Shown: positions 39,189-49,268 of the stretch, piece by piece
How the letters are laid out: every line of letters begins with the position of its first letter
How positions within the stretch are numbered: position 1 is the stretch's first letter
Source: an uncultured Gammaproteobacteria bacterium
Lineage (GTDB): Bacteria; Patescibacteriota; Microgenomatia; Daviesbacterales; UBA10151
NCBI GenBank assembly: GCA_964524895.1
Contig: CAZGFG010000003.1
Coordinates: 34,023-98,022, forward strand
Direction: 5' to 3'
Length of the DNA: 64,000 nt
The notes under the pieces: model-generated
The model's database searches: none
Seen by the model: the letters and a program-made list of their open reading frames with translations, nothing else
Told to the model about the DNA's origin: nothing
Made by a program: the position numbers and the translations under genes

Positions 39189-40426
39189 TTAATCCTTTTT
39201 AAAACAGGAATCAGCATAATCAGTTGTAAAAGCAAAATCAAGTATTCCGATACTCCGGTAATCCAAGCAGAGGCAATGTAGGAGTAATGCGGTATAAAGA
39301 ACCAGTTGGCCAAACCGTTAAAAAGAAGCCCGATAAGATATATTGCTGCCATACTCTTATACTTTTTCAAAGTTATTAAAACCCACATCAATGCCGCGGA
39401 AACAAAAAAAGCCGGAAAGCCCAAAGATAAAATAAACAATGCCTGCTCGGAACCGATAAAACCTTGCCCCCCCGTGATTAACTCTATAAAAAACTTACCC
39501 AAAAGCGATGTGAGTAAAACTCCAACTAACCCCAGTGACAGCATTCCCAAAACAGAATATTTAATCTCTTCAGCAAATTTTTGTTTATCCTGGGAATAAA
39601 CCTTCAACATCAGCGGGTAAAAAGCATTCATAATAAAGGTGGGTAAGACCAGGGCTGTTTGAAATAGCTGATAAGAAAGGTTATAAACTCCAACATCTGC
39701 AAATCCTTTCATAAAAGACAAAAGAAATGAATCAAGCCTAAAATAGATTACATTTAAGACCAATGTTAAGGAAATGGGCCAGGATTGTTTAATTAGGTCG
39801 AAAGCAAACTTTATATCAAAAACCGGCCAAACGATTTTGACAAACTTTTTAACAAAAAAAAGTAGCAGCAGCGAACCTGTTAGCCAGCCAACACTATAGT
39901 CAAACATAATCCAAGGTAAACTTAGCCTGAAAGATCCGGTTGTATAGATTAAGGCAAGAGTAGTCAAGGAGGCTGCAGACCACCCTATCACCGATAAGTC
40001 ATATCTGAATTTGCTTTGGAAAATAGCATTCGCACTTACATAGACCGCCGGCCCTAAAATTGCCATAGTAGAGCCGATTAATATTAAAGTCTTAAACTCT
40101 TTTGTATCGGTTGGCCAAATCATCCCACCTAGCAGAGCCAAGGGGATCAAAAATATAGCCAAGAGTAACCTAAATCCAAATAACTTTCGCCAAGTAAGCT
40201 CGAAGTTTTCGCTCACTAAAATAGGTAAAAGGTGAGCATTTACCCCAAAATCAATCACTAAAGTAAAAAAGGCCAGATAGGTTAAGGCCAAAGTAAAAAC
40301 CCCTGTTCCAGTCTCACCAAAATTCCTACTGATAATGGCTAGAATCGCAATTGTAGAAAGGGAAGTGATAAATTTTCCTAAAACCTGCCATAGGGTCTGT
40401 TGAGAAATTTTAAGCAATCTGCCCAT
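39185..40426 (-). CDS. Wzx/MOP-family flippase
   Basis: About 12 TMs, DFG, YFRLDSFLL, VGVYNLSY. Confidence 0.85.
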   Translation of the reverse strand: MGRLLKISQQTLWQVLGKFITSLSTIAILAIISRNFGETGTGVFTLALTYLAFFTLVIDFGVNAHLLPILVSENFELTWRKLFGFRLLLAIFLIPLALLGGMIWPTDTKEFKTLILIGSTMAILGPAVYVSANAIFQSKFRYDLSVIGWSAASLTTLALIYTTGSFRLSLPWIMFDYSVGWLTGSLLLLFFVKKFVKIVWPVFDIKFAFDLIKQSWPISLTLVLNVIYFRLDSFLLSFMKGFADVGVYNLSYQLFQTALVLPTFIMNAFYPLMLKVYSQDKQKFAEEIKYSVLGMLSLGLVGVLLTSLLGKFFIELITGGQGFIGSEQALFILSLGFPAFFVSAALMWVLITLKKYKSMAAIYLIGLLFNGLANWFFIPHYSYIASAWITGVSEYLILLLQLIMLIPVLKRIK

Positions 40427-41657
40427 CTTTAAATTCTAACACGGAATAAGACAGCCCCCAAACTAACATCAACATTCGGTATCCTTGGGGCAAGGTCAAA
40501 AAGTAGTGGTCAAACATTCCCAAAAAGGCAATTAGCACCCAAACAGTCAGTAGTATCTTTGCTTCTTTCAAACTCTTTCTCTTCCAAAGTCCCCATATAG
40601 GGATTGCGCAAAATATAAATAGTCCTAAGGTTCCCACAACCCCCACCTCTACCAATGAAAGTAGGTAAATGTTATGAACAGGTTGTAAAAACCGATTCGG
40701 GCCAACCAGTAAGCTATCTGCGCCAGAGTATATAAAATTATTCAGACCCACTCCCAACAAAGGTTTTTGCGTAAACTTAATTAAGGATATTTCTATTAGC
40801 TCTTCCCGCCGCAGTAATGAAAGATTGTCAAAACTTAAAAGAGAGGTAAATCTGGTAAAGATAAAGGGAGAAAGTATGACCAGGGATAAGATCAATATAG
40901 CAAGCCCAGTTCTTTTTAAAAACACCAGCCCCAAAAGCAACCCTGCTAAAATAGCTACCCTGGAGGCAGTCAGAATCACGGTTAAACCACCCAGTAAAGT
41001 AGCCCCTTCCAGCAGTCTTTTCGCCAGATAAGAAACCGGTTTAATAAGCATTAATAACATCAAGCCTATTAATAAAAAAGCGGCCAAAACATTGGGGTGG
41101 GGCAGAGTTGCGTAAGGCCTTAAAAACTCCCTGCCGTAAAAATCAAACTTGGCTATAGCCGGAGTAGAAAGAGTGAAGCTTCTTTCACCTAAAACCCAAA
41201 GGCCTATGCTGCTACCATTTATAAATTCCAAGAGTGCTATAGATGACTGTAAAAAAACTGCAGAAGCCAAACTATAAAATAGCACGCCCCGAAACTCTTC
41301 AATTCTCTTAGAAGCTAGATAAATACCCAGTAACGAGGCTGCCAGGTATTGTTCCATCCTAAAGACACCTGCTCCCAAATTTACAGGGGTACCAAAAACA
41401 ATCTGGAAAAGAGACAGAGACAGAAGAAGCAAAAAAACCAGCACTAAATTCAGGGCTTGTCTGTTAACTTTGTGCCCCTGCAGCAAAAAAATAGCCAGTA
41501 GCCCAACCACTAAAATATCCCAAAAATAAATAGTGGGGGAGAGGTAATCTATTTTTAAAGAGAAAAGGTAGGCAAACTGTGGCCAAAAATGTTTACCAAG
41601 TTGGGTTGGCAAAAATAGCAGAACCAAAAAAAGCATCAGGCTTTCAATCTTTTCCAC
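40410..41657 (-). CDS. O-antigen ligase (WaaL/Wzy_C) family protein
   Basis: RPYATLPHPN, TASR, GVGLNNF, PVHNIYL. Confidence 0.85.
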   Translation of the reverse strand: MEKIESLMLFLVLLFLPTQLGKHFWPQFAYLFSLKIDYLSPTIYFWDILVVGLLAIFLLQGHKVNRQALNLVLVFLLLLSLSLFQIVFGTPVNLGAGVFRMEQYLAASLLGIYLASKRIEEFRGVLFYSLASAVFLQSSIALLEFINGSSIGLWVLGERSFTLSTPAIAKFDFYGREFLRPYATLPHPNVLAAFLLIGLMLLMLIKPVSYLAKRLLEGATLLGGLTVILTASRVAILAGLLLGLVFLKRTGLAILILSLVILSPFIFTRFTSLLSFDNLSLLRREELIEISLIKFTQKPLLGVGLNNFIYSGADSLLVGPNRFLQPVHNIYLLSLVEVGVVGTLGLFIFCAIPIWGLWKRKSLKEAKILLTVWVLIAFLGMFDHYFLTLPQGYRMLMLVWGLSYSVLEFKDGQIA

Positions 41658-42157
41658 TAGGCAATTTCTTCTGTAATCTCGCCTTTTTCGGCTTTAGACC
41701 GTTTTTCCCCTTTACCTAAAGGTTTTATTACCAAGTGTCTCTCTCTTCCTTCCCCGATACTTTCCGACTCTACCCCCTTAATATCCTGAAGAGTTACGTG
41801 AACTATTCTCCTTTGCCAAGAGGACATGGGTTCAAGCTCCAATTCTTTTTTTGAATCCAGAACCTGTTTTGCCCACTCCTTAGACATTTGAACCAATTCT
41901 TCTTCCCTATTCTTTCTCCAGTCTGCAACGTCGATAATAACCCGCTTAAACTCCTTACTTTTTTGAGACACTATTTGGTTTACCAAAAGCTGCAAAGCCT
42001 CCAGCGATTCTCCTTTGTAGCCTATCACTCTACCTGCATCATCGGTCTGGATAGAAACATGATACATATCGTCTTTCTCTTCAATATCATAGCTACCTTC
42101 CAAAAGAAGTAGCCCTAAAATATTGTCTAAAATGTCACTTAAATCTTCTTGTGTCAT
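41657..42157 (-). CDS. khpB: Jag/KhpB (KH + R3H) RNA-binding protein
   Basis: VIGYKGESLEALQ, RRIVH, SESIGEGRER; next to yidC. Confidence 0.88.
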   Translation of the reverse strand: MTQEDLSDILDNILGLLLLEGSYDIEEKDDMYHVSIQTDDAGRVIGYKGESLEALQLLVNQIVSQKSKEFKRVIIDVADWRKNREEELVQMSKEWAKQVLDSKKELELEPMSSWQRRIVHVTLQDIKGVESESIGEGRERHLVIKPLGKGEKRSKAEKGEITEEIA

Positions 42158-42990
42158 AATATTTTTAACTTTTTAGTCAGTTCGATTAACCCTCCCCACC
42201 CAGAAACCCGATACTGCTGTAATATTCCCAGTATTGTATAGGTATTCCAATAAATTGCAAGCCCTATCGGGAACTGCCAGGCAAAAAAACCAATCATCAG
42301 GGGCATCATATAAACCATTTGGGATTGGACCTGACTCATGCTATCTTCAATACTTTCTTTTTCTTTAATCTCTTTGGGGGAATCTGAAGAATAAACTTTA
42401 GGCGGCTTAACAATAGCCATTTGGGACTGAATAAAAGTCAGCAGAGCTGTTAGGGCTGGAATTAGCAGCAGGAAGCTCCCATGGGTGGCAAATTCAGAAG
42501 GTTTATAGCCTAAATTTAGGCCTAAAAAATAAGGGTCCAGTGTTTGAGGCAGTTTTAACCAAGAGAAATATAAAATCGAATTTACATAATCTATGCTGCT
42601 TCCGGCAACAGAGGGTAAGATGTGGGTTATAGCCTGATATAAACCAATAAAGACAGGGATTTGGATAATGGCCGGCAGGCACCCTCCGGCCGGATTCACC
42701 CCATGCTCTTTATACAAAGCCATCTGGGCCGATGCCAGGGTCTGCTTATCGCCCTTATGCTTACTTTTTAAGGCATCCATGTGCGGTTTTAACTCTGCCA
42801 TCTTCTTGGCGGATTGCAGCTGGGTGGTCATAAACGGCCAGACCAAAACTCTAATAATAACAGTCAAAACAATTATAGAGAGGCCTAAGGCTCCCGGAAG
42901 GTTTGCTGCCGTTAGTACCTGATAAATAAAGACCAAGAGGTTAATGATCGGGTGCAAAAACAATTGGTTAAAAATATCTCCTATATTCAT
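42154..42990 (-). CDS. yidC: Membrane insertase YidC
   Basis: LYKEHGVNPAGGCLP, QIPVF, GLAIYW. Confidence 0.93.
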   Translation of the reverse strand: MNIGDIFNQLFLHPIINLLVFIYQVLTAANLPGALGLSIIVLTVIIRVLVWPFMTTQLQSAKKMAELKPHMDALKSKHKGDKQTLASAQMALYKEHGVNPAGGCLPAIIQIPVFIGLYQAITHILPSVAGSSIDYVNSILYFSWLKLPQTLDPYFLGLNLGYKPSEFATHGSFLLLIPALTALLTFIQSQMAIVKPPKVYSSDSPKEIKEKESIEDSMSQVQSQMVYMMPLMIGFFAWQFPIGLAIYWNTYTILGILQQYRVSGWGGLIELTKKLKIL

Positions 42991-43194
42991 TTACTTACAC
43001 CCCCATATTCTTAGAAATCCCATCTTCAGCCCTGTTAGAACCCCATACTGCTTTATCTTTTCTTTCATATAGACAGAGCAGGTAGGGTACTGCCGGCATG
43101 CACCCCCTGGTGCAAACAAAGCCAGCATCCCCCGATCAAAAGAGAAGAAGGTCGCATATAGATCTATAAGGCCGATAACTATTCTTTTTGTCAT
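42991..43194 (-). CDS. yidD: Membrane protein insertion efficiency factor YidD
   Basis: CRQYPTCS...YG...RIWGC; synteny. Confidence 0.85.
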   Translation of the reverse strand: MTKRIVIGLIDLYATFFSFDRGMLALFAPGGACRQYPTCSVYMKEKIKQYGVLTGLKMGFLRIWGCK

Positions 43195-43529
43195 TTTAAA
43201 GATTTGATCTTTGGTAACAATCGTTCCACTTCCCGGTCTAATTCTTCCGATTTTACATCAAGCACCCGAGCATTGGGAAGAGCAACGATATTTATTCCCG
43301 GCGGCAGTGCTTGATACAACTTGCCAAAAGATTGATATACAATCCTTTTGGCTCTGCTTCTGTCAACTGCTTTTTTAAAAACCCTGCCGGAAACCGCCAC
43401 CCCAACCCTTGCTTCTTTATTTTCCCCCATCTTTACAAAGAGCTTGAAATAAGTGCCGCGGAACATACTTCCGGAAGCTACCCATTTAAAATCTTTGCTA
43501 AGATTAACCCTTCTATCTTTGGGAAACAT
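43191..43529 (-). CDS. rnpA: Ribonuclease P protein component
   Basis: RVGVAVS...KKAVDRSRAKR; synteny. Confidence 0.88.
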   Translation of the reverse strand: MFPKDRRVNLSKDFKWVASGSMFRGTYFKLFVKMGENKEARVGVAVSGRVFKKAVDRSRAKRIVYQSFGKLYQALPPGINIVALPNARVLDVKSEELDREVERLLPKIKSLK

Positions 43530-43544
43530 ATAAAGTTCTGAAGT

Positions 43545-43688
43545 TTATACTGTCAGTTTTTTGCGCCCCCGTACTCTTCTTCTTTTAAGAACCTTGGCTC
43601 CACCGGCAGTAGACATCCTGGATAAAAATCCGTGCTTTTTGACCCTCTTTAGCTTTTTAGGCTGGTATGTTCTTTTGGTTTTTGCCAT
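43545..43688 (-). CDS. rpmH: 50S ribosomal protein bL34 (absent from the ORF track)
   Basis: Manual translation [47 protein letters not shown]. Confidence 0.95.
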   Translation of the reverse strand: MAKTKRTYQPKKLKRVKKHGFLSRMSTAGGAKVLKRRRVRGRKKLTV

Positions 43689-43791
43689 AGCTGAAGTTTA
43701 ACCAATTCGCAACTAAAATTCAATTGGGGTAAAAGTGATCTACTTTTTACCAGTTTCTCTACCTTGCACAAGACTGCTGCGTCGTTTATCT

Positions 43792-43800
43792 TGTGGATAA
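43792..43800 (-). promoter_or_regulatory. DnaA box upstream of dnaA
   Basis: tgtggataa = reverse complement of TTATCCACA. Confidence 0.8.
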
Positions 43801-43823
43801 CTCGAAGGTAAAAAACCTACATC

Positions 43824-45158
43824 ATGAACCCGCAAAAACAGTGGCATAAAATTCTGGAGATTATCAAATCAGAGCTTCCGGCTCATAATTTTCGTGCTTG
43901 GTTTGCAATTACCGATATCAAAGAAATTACGGAAACATCTTTGATTATTATCACTCCCTCCGCTTTTATTAAGGAGCAACTGGGCCGGCGTTATCTTGAC
44001 TTGATAGAAAAAGCGGCTCAAAAAGTCTGCGGGCGTAAGATGGTAGTTAATTTTGTAGTCGACTCTTCTCGGCTTGTTAAAAAAGACAGAGCGGAGGGGG
44101 AGGGTCCTTTTTTTGCTACCCAAGAAAAAGTCTCCTCTCATATTCTTAACTCAAAGTTTACGTTGGAGAATTTTGTGGTGGGGTTATCCAACAATGTTGC
44201 TTATGCGGCCGCCCAAGCAGTTGTCCAAAACCCTGGTAGTTCATATAACCCTTTATTTTTTTATGGCGGAACCGGAGTAGGCAAAACCCACTTAATGTTG
44301 GGCATCGGAAACGCTATACTTGCCAGAAGGCCTGAAACTAAAGTCATATACTGCTCCTCGGAAAAGTTTACTAACGACTACGTCGAGGCTATCCAGACCA
44401 GAAAGATGGGGGAGTTGCGGCATAGATACAGGTCGGCGGATTTACTGCTTATCGATGATATCCAGTTTTTCTCCGGCCGGGAAGGCACACAGGAGGAGTT
44501 TTTTCATACATTCAATGACCTACAAAGCAAAAACTGTCAAATCGTTTTGACCTCCGACAGAGCTCCCCATGAAGTGGAAAAATTGGAAGACAGGCTAAAA
44601 TCCCGCTTCCAAGGAGGACTGATGGTAGATATCCAGTTGCCGGATTTTGATACCAGAGTGGCAATCTTGCGGGCCAAGTGCCTGGAAAGAGGGGAGAGTG
44701 TCCCGGAAGAATCTTTAAACTTAATCGCCAAGGCTTATGAAACAAATGCCCGGGAACTGGAAGGAAAGTTAATCCAAATTATCCAAATACTTAAAATCCA
44801 AAACAAACAACCTTTGCCGGAAATCATCCTGGAGTTTATAGGCAATGCTACCAAATCTTCTCCGGTTCAAAACGTCAGTTATAGACAAGTGCTTAATGCT
44901 ATCTGTAGTTATTTTAATATCAAAACCCAAGAATTATTGGGGCCAAGAAGACAAAAAGAGCTGGTTTTGCCCAGACACTTGGCCATGCATATATTAAGCG
45001 AGGATCTGAAAATGACTGTGGAAAAGATCGGTGAAGTGTTAGGGGGAAGAGACCACACCACGGTTATGCACGGAAGAGATAAAGTAAAGAGGTTGCTTCA
45101 GACAGATAAGCAAATCCAAAAAATGTTTATGGAGATCCGCCAATCGCTTGCCGGTTAA
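43824..45158 (+). CDS. dnaA: Chromosomal replication initiator DnaA
   Basis: YNPLFFYGGTGVGKTHL, LLIDDIQF, QEEFFHTFN, RDHTTVMH. Confidence 0.98.
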   Translation: MNPQKQWHKILEIIKSELPAHNFRAWFAITDIKEITETSLIIITPSAFIKEQLGRRYLDLIEKAAQKVCGRKMVVNFVVDSSRLVKKDRAEGEGPFFATQEKVSSHILNSKFTLENFVVGLSNNVAYAAAQAVVQNPGSSYNPLFFYGGTGVGKTHLMLGIGNAILARRPETKVIYCSSEKFTNDYVEAIQTRKMGELRHRYRSADLLLIDDIQFFSGREGTQEEFFHTFNDLQSKNCQIVLTSDRAPHEVEKLEDRLKSRFQGGLMVDIQLPDFDTRVAILRAKCLERGESVPEESLNLIAKAYETNARELEGKLIQIIQILKIQNKQPLPEIILEFIGNATKSSPVQNVSYRQVLNAICSYFNIKTQELLGPRRQKELVLPRHLAMHILSEDLKMTVEKIGEVLGGRDHTTVMHGRDKVKRLLQTDKQIQKMFMEIRQSLAG

Positions 45159-45346
45159 GTTATACACACTCCTCTAGCTTTATCCACATACTTATCCACA
45201 AACTAAAGTTATTTTTACACACGAAATTATCCCAAAAATGAATTTAAAAACCTTCTTTTCCACCAAAATCTTGCCCCTATTAATAAGGTGACTATTTAAT
45301 ATATTTAAGGTAAAATCTAACAGCTTGTTAATAAGTTAACAGTATT
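45159..45346. other. Replication origin oriC (DnaA-box cluster + AT-rich region)
   Basis: ttatacaca 45160-45168; ttatccaca 45180-45188 and 45192-45200; further degenerate boxes; AT-rich tract about 45278-45310. Confidence 0.85.
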
Positions 45347-45799
45347 ATGGAGATCAATTGGTATTGGGTAGGAATATTTGCACTGGTAGTTTTTATAGCC
45401 TATTTATTCGGTAGACTTCACTCCAAACCTCAATCAGATATACCGGCAGATCTTATAGACCTCTACAAAGGAGTTCAGGAACTACCGGCCAGAGTTCTAC
45501 AAACGATCCAGGGCTCTATTAACCCGCAAAAAGGGAAGATGGCCGAACTTTTAACTTATGCGGAGTTGCGCTACGATTATGATCGAATTATACCTTTGGG
45601 TTGGCCCATAGATTTTATAGGTATTAAAAACAACGAGAGGATAGACTTCATAGAAGTTAAGTCGGGCCTCTCCTACATCTTGACAGATGAAGAAAAACAC
45701 ATTAAAAACCTAGTATCCTCGGGAAGGGTTAACTTTAGATTAATCAAGGTGACGGAAGAGGAGGTTAATCGATTTATTTCTGCCAAAAAAGAGCACTGA
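45347..45799 (+). CDS. Membrane-anchored Holliday-junction-resolvase-like PD-(D/E)XK endonuclease
   Basis: N-terminal TM; KGKMAE...LGWPIDFI...FIEVKSG...E..IK..V..GRV, resembling Endonuc_Holl. Confidence 0.75.
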   Translation: MEINWYWVGIFALVVFIAYLFGRLHSKPQSDIPADLIDLYKGVQELPARVLQTIQGSINPQKGKMAELLTYAELRYDYDRIIPLGWPIDFIGIKNNERIDFIEVKSGLSYILTDEEKHIKNLVSSGRVNFRLIKVTEEEVNRFISAKKEH

Positions 45800-45812
45800 C
45801 CCACAACAACTT

Positions 45813-46913
45813 ATGAAAATCAGCGTATTACAACAAGACTTGCTGCCTGTTCTGCATAGTGTGGCCAGGTCGGTAGGGGTACACGCCAACTTACCTGTCT
45901 TGGATAATTTTCTTTTATCTGTAGACGGAAAAAAGCTAAAGGTTGCCGGAACTAATTTGGAGATTGGGATAATCAAGTATTTACCGGTAGAGGTTTTGGA
46001 AGAAGGGGAGATAACGGTACCGGCTAAAACTTTGGTGGAGTTAATGTCCGGGTTGGGCCAGGTAAAGGTAGAGTTGGAGTCAAAAGGGGAAATGCTTACC
46101 GTAACAAGCGGAAAATTTAAGGCTTCTTTAAACGGCATCGCTGCCTCCGAATTTCCGGTGATACCGGTTTCTGCAGAAGACGGGGTAAGTTTTACCAAAG
46201 AGATTCTGCTGTCAAGCAGTCAGATCCTGTTTGCGGCAGCTGTGGATGAGGGCAGACCAATTTTAACCGGAATCCTGACCTATGCCACCGGTCAAACCCT
46301 AGATTTTGTGGCTACCGATGGCTTTAGGCTGGCGCACCGCAAAGTATCATTGCCCGGCAAAATTAATGAGTTCAAATCCCTTATCCCACGCAGAACCTTT
46401 GAGGAGGTGTTGCGGGTGATTGGGGAAGAAGATGCAGACGAAGTCGTGGTTTCTTCTGCCAAGAATCAAAACCAGGCTATCTTCACTATCGGCAAGAGTG
46501 TTATCTCCTCGAGGTTAATTGAAGGACAGTTTCCTTCATGGGAGAAAATTATCCCGGCCCAGTTTGTTACCAGGGCTATGGTAGATAAAGATAGTTTGCT
46601 CAAGGGAGTAAAATTGGCAGCAGTTTTTGCCCGCTCCGAAGCAAATGTAATAGTTATAAAAACTACTAAAAACCAGCTAATCCTAAAATCTTCGGCTAAG
46701 GAGTTAGGTAGTCAGGAGAACGAGATAGAGGGTAATATTGAAGGTGAGGATTTGGAGATTGCTTTTAATACCAAGTTTTTATTGGATGCCCTATCGGCCT
46801 CACCTGCAACCCAACTGTCTATTGAATTCTCCGGGGCACTTTCCCCAACAGTTGTTAAACCGATTGGGGTAGAAGGGTTGGAATATATAGTAATGCCGGT
46901 GAGGCTGAACTAA
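45813..46913 (+). CDS. dnaN: DNA polymerase III beta clamp
   Basis: TNLEIG, RPILTG, ATDGFRLA, SRLIEGQFP, YIVMPVR. Confidence 0.97.
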   Translation: MKISVLQQDLLPVLHSVARSVGVHANLPVLDNFLLSVDGKKLKVAGTNLEIGIIKYLPVEVLEEGEITVPAKTLVELMSGLGQVKVELESKGEMLTVTSGKFKASLNGIAASEFPVIPVSAEDGVSFTKEILLSSSQILFAAAVDEGRPILTGILTYATGQTLDFVATDGFRLAHRKVSLPGKINEFKSLIPRRTFEEVLRVIGEEDADEVVVSSAKNQNQAIFTIGKSVISSRLIEGQFPSWEKIIPAQFVTRAMVDKDSLLKGVKLAAVFARSEANVIVIKTTKNQLILKSSAKELGSQENEIEGNIEGEDLEIAFNTKFLLDALSASPATQLSIEFSGALSPTVVKPIGVEGLEYIVMPVRLN

Positions 46914-47395
46914 ACTCCGCGATATTGGATGGTTTTAAAGTGGTAAATTTTTTCTTCTCCCAAATTTTGGGCGCCGTCAAATTTGGTCTCCGGTTTTATA
47001 AATAAAGTATATTCTGTTCCTACCTGATAAGATTCTTCGGGGGTAATTTTAATAATTTTTCTGTCGCTGCTGGTTTCCAGGCGGTATTTGAATTTGGGGG
47101 TGATTTCATGCTTAAACTCTCCGCTGTTTTCCAAAGGTCTGTTGAATGTGATCTCAATAGGTTGGTTTTGCAAAAGGATATCTGACTGCGCAGATCCGGG
47201 CTTGACAGAAAGGACTTGAGGTTTGTCTGATTGAGGGGTGGGGGCTGGGGAGGCTGAACTACTGGACAGTTTAGTTTTAGTTAGGTTAGAATAAAACAGA
47301 AACCCCACGGCTATTAAAACGATTATCAATAAAAATTTGTAGTTTAAGGCTGGCTTTTGGGAAACAGGACTGATGTTTTTTATTTTGTTTATCAT
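46910..47395 (-). CDS. Membrane-anchored Ig-like (Big_5-like) protein
   Basis: TM, PQVLSVKP...IEITFNRPL...YTLFI...FKT. Confidence 0.7.
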   Translation of the reverse strand: MINKIKNISPVSQKPALNYKFLLIIVLIAVGFLFYSNLTKTKLSSSSASPAPTPQSDKPQVLSVKPGSAQSDILLQNQPIEITFNRPLENSGEFKHEITPKFKYRLETSSDRKIIKITPEESYQVGTEYTLFIKPETKFDGAQNLGEEKIYHFKTIQYRGV

Positions 47396-47441
47396 AGCTT
47401 TTCTATAGCTGCAAAGATAATAAAAAGAGACTTGTTAGACC

Positions 47442-49268
47442 TCATTTAACCACCTCTAAGTTATATAACCAATCTCGGTTTTCTACACCGTTTTCATGTA
47501 AAAATTTATCGAGCTCCTCATTTGCTAATGTAGTGTTGTTACCATTTAATGTTACGATGAATTTGTTTTCTTCAAAACTATATTGAACAGAAAAATCCGC
47601 TTCATTGTACGGGAGTTTTTTAATTAGCTGGGCTACTGTCTCTCCTTCTTTTCTTCCTCTAACGTCCTCTTCAGATGAATAGGAATAAGAATGTCCGGGT
47701 TGGGGGCCTGTATCTGTTAGATTAGTAGAGGGGGTGGGAGATTGGTCTATTCCCGGACTAGGGGATACAGATTGTCTGCCTTGTTGGTTTTCCAGGAAGT
47801 ATTTAATCGTACTTGTGGCCCTGGGATCAGTTAATATTTGGGTGTGGCCAACGTTGGTGGAGTCATTTCCGGGCAAAGACGGTGCGAGCAGCAAAGCGTC
47901 GCAATTCGGGATACCGTTTGCTCCTCGTCCTAAAGGAAGGGCATACCCAAAACCTGGGATAATTGCCGACTTGGGTTTAACAAAACAATCATCACCGTTT
48001 GTCAAACACAGAAGTCGTACATCGCGCCTATCTCTTAAGATTTCAGCAGTTTTTATATTAAGGCCTGTGGTAGCTTGCTGTCTTTGGGGGGAGCTGGCTA
48101 ATGCAGCCAGATAGGTGGTGGCATCGTTTCCTAGTTGTGTATCTAAGCCTAGTCCGCGCAGATAATTGCTAATTTCTGCTCCGGAGACCCCATTCACCGG
48201 GGCATCCAGCAGTAAGGCAGACCTGATCACGCTATCTCGGTGAGGACCCCTTTCCGGCATTACATTTTCTGTAAGATATTGCCAGGCCGTAAATCCCCCA
48301 AGTGAGTAGCCCAGTAAATCTATATTTTTGTAATACCTCCGGAGCCCGTCGGCCATATCACGTAGTATATCGGCGCTTTTATGTACATCTTGGAATGTAT
48401 CCTTTGGACCGTATAAATTAAGGCTCCATTGGGGCGGTCGGTCGAAAAGTTGAAAAACCCCGCCGCCCGAATAACTAAAACGAGCAACCAAGTCATAGAG
48501 GGGGAGCAGGTCTTGACGCAGTGACTCAAAAGTTGGCCCCAGTCCGATAGGGTCCATCTTAAAGCTACTACCCAAACCGTCTAACAAAATTAGAGCTGAA
48601 GGGGCAGGGTTATCCGGGGCAACTTGACCTTGCAGCTTACCAATTTGCGCCCATGTTTGGAGATATTGGTCAACTGTTATAGGGTTAAAAACCTGAATTT
48701 CGTATACTTTCCGATCACTTTGTAGTGCAACGAGCGCAAAACCTTGACTGGCAAAAATTTGTGTTTCTGCAAGGGGTATCGTCGGACGCTCCCAAAAATC
48801 AGACTTTGGCGGAGGTGCAGTAGACTCGGGAGATCCATAAATGGAGGTAAATTGGGGGGTGTCGACGTAAGCTCCTGGTCCCAGGGTCCCAACTATAGAT
48901 ACCTGTTTAAACCTAGCTACACCATCTTGCCCAGTAATTACTGTATGAGGTCTTTCTGGAATTATTGAGGTGAAGGTATATTTTGTCAGACCGCCCGGCA
49001 AGAATTCTCGTCTGCTGTTAGGCAGGCCTAGGAGCTCTTTATCGGTACTCTCACCTATATTTATCTCTGCAACAAGTTTTCCCACTCCGCTCAAAGGGAG
49101 CAGACGGGTAGGGTCTTGGGGGCTAGCTGCTGGAGCTTCGGTTTGTGCCAGAGTTGCTTCAGGGTGTTGGATAAAGTTGTAGGCAAGAACAGTCCCTCCT
49201 GCCATTAAAGTTAGAAACTTCCCTCTGGTGAGAGAAACATCATCAAACCGTTGTTCTACGTTCTTCAT
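47442..49268 (-). CDS. Exported modular protein with alpha/beta-hydrolase (lipase-like) domain
   Basis: Tat-like TRGKFL signal; LDGLGS, GYSLGG, DDCFV, GHTQIL; C-terminal domain paralogous to 49265-49726. Confidence 0.75.
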   Translation of the reverse strand: MKNVEQRFDDVSLTRGKFLTLMAGGTVLAYNFIQHPEATLAQTEAPAASPQDPTRLLPLSGVGKLVAEINIGESTDKELLGLPNSRREFLPGGLTKYTFTSIIPERPHTVITGQDGVARFKQVSIVGTLGPGAYVDTPQFTSIYGSPESTAPPPKSDFWERPTIPLAETQIFASQGFALVALQSDRKVYEIQVFNPITVDQYLQTWAQIGKLQGQVAPDNPAPSALILLDGLGSSFKMDPIGLGPTFESLRQDLLPLYDLVARFSYSGGGVFQLFDRPPQWSLNLYGPKDTFQDVHKSADILRDMADGLRRYYKNIDLLGYSLGGFTAWQYLTENVMPERGPHRDSVIRSALLLDAPVNGVSGAEISNYLRGLGLDTQLGNDATTYLAALASSPQRQQATTGLNIKTAEILRDRRDVRLLCLTNGDDCFVKPKSAIIPGFGYALPLGRGANGIPNCDALLLAPSLPGNDSTNVGHTQILTDPRATSTIKYFLENQQGRQSVSPSPGIDQSPTPSTNLTDTGPQPGHSYSYSSEEDVRGRKEGETVAQLIKKLPYNEADFSVQYSFEENKFIVTLNGNNTTLANEELDKFLHENGVENRDWLYNLEVVK

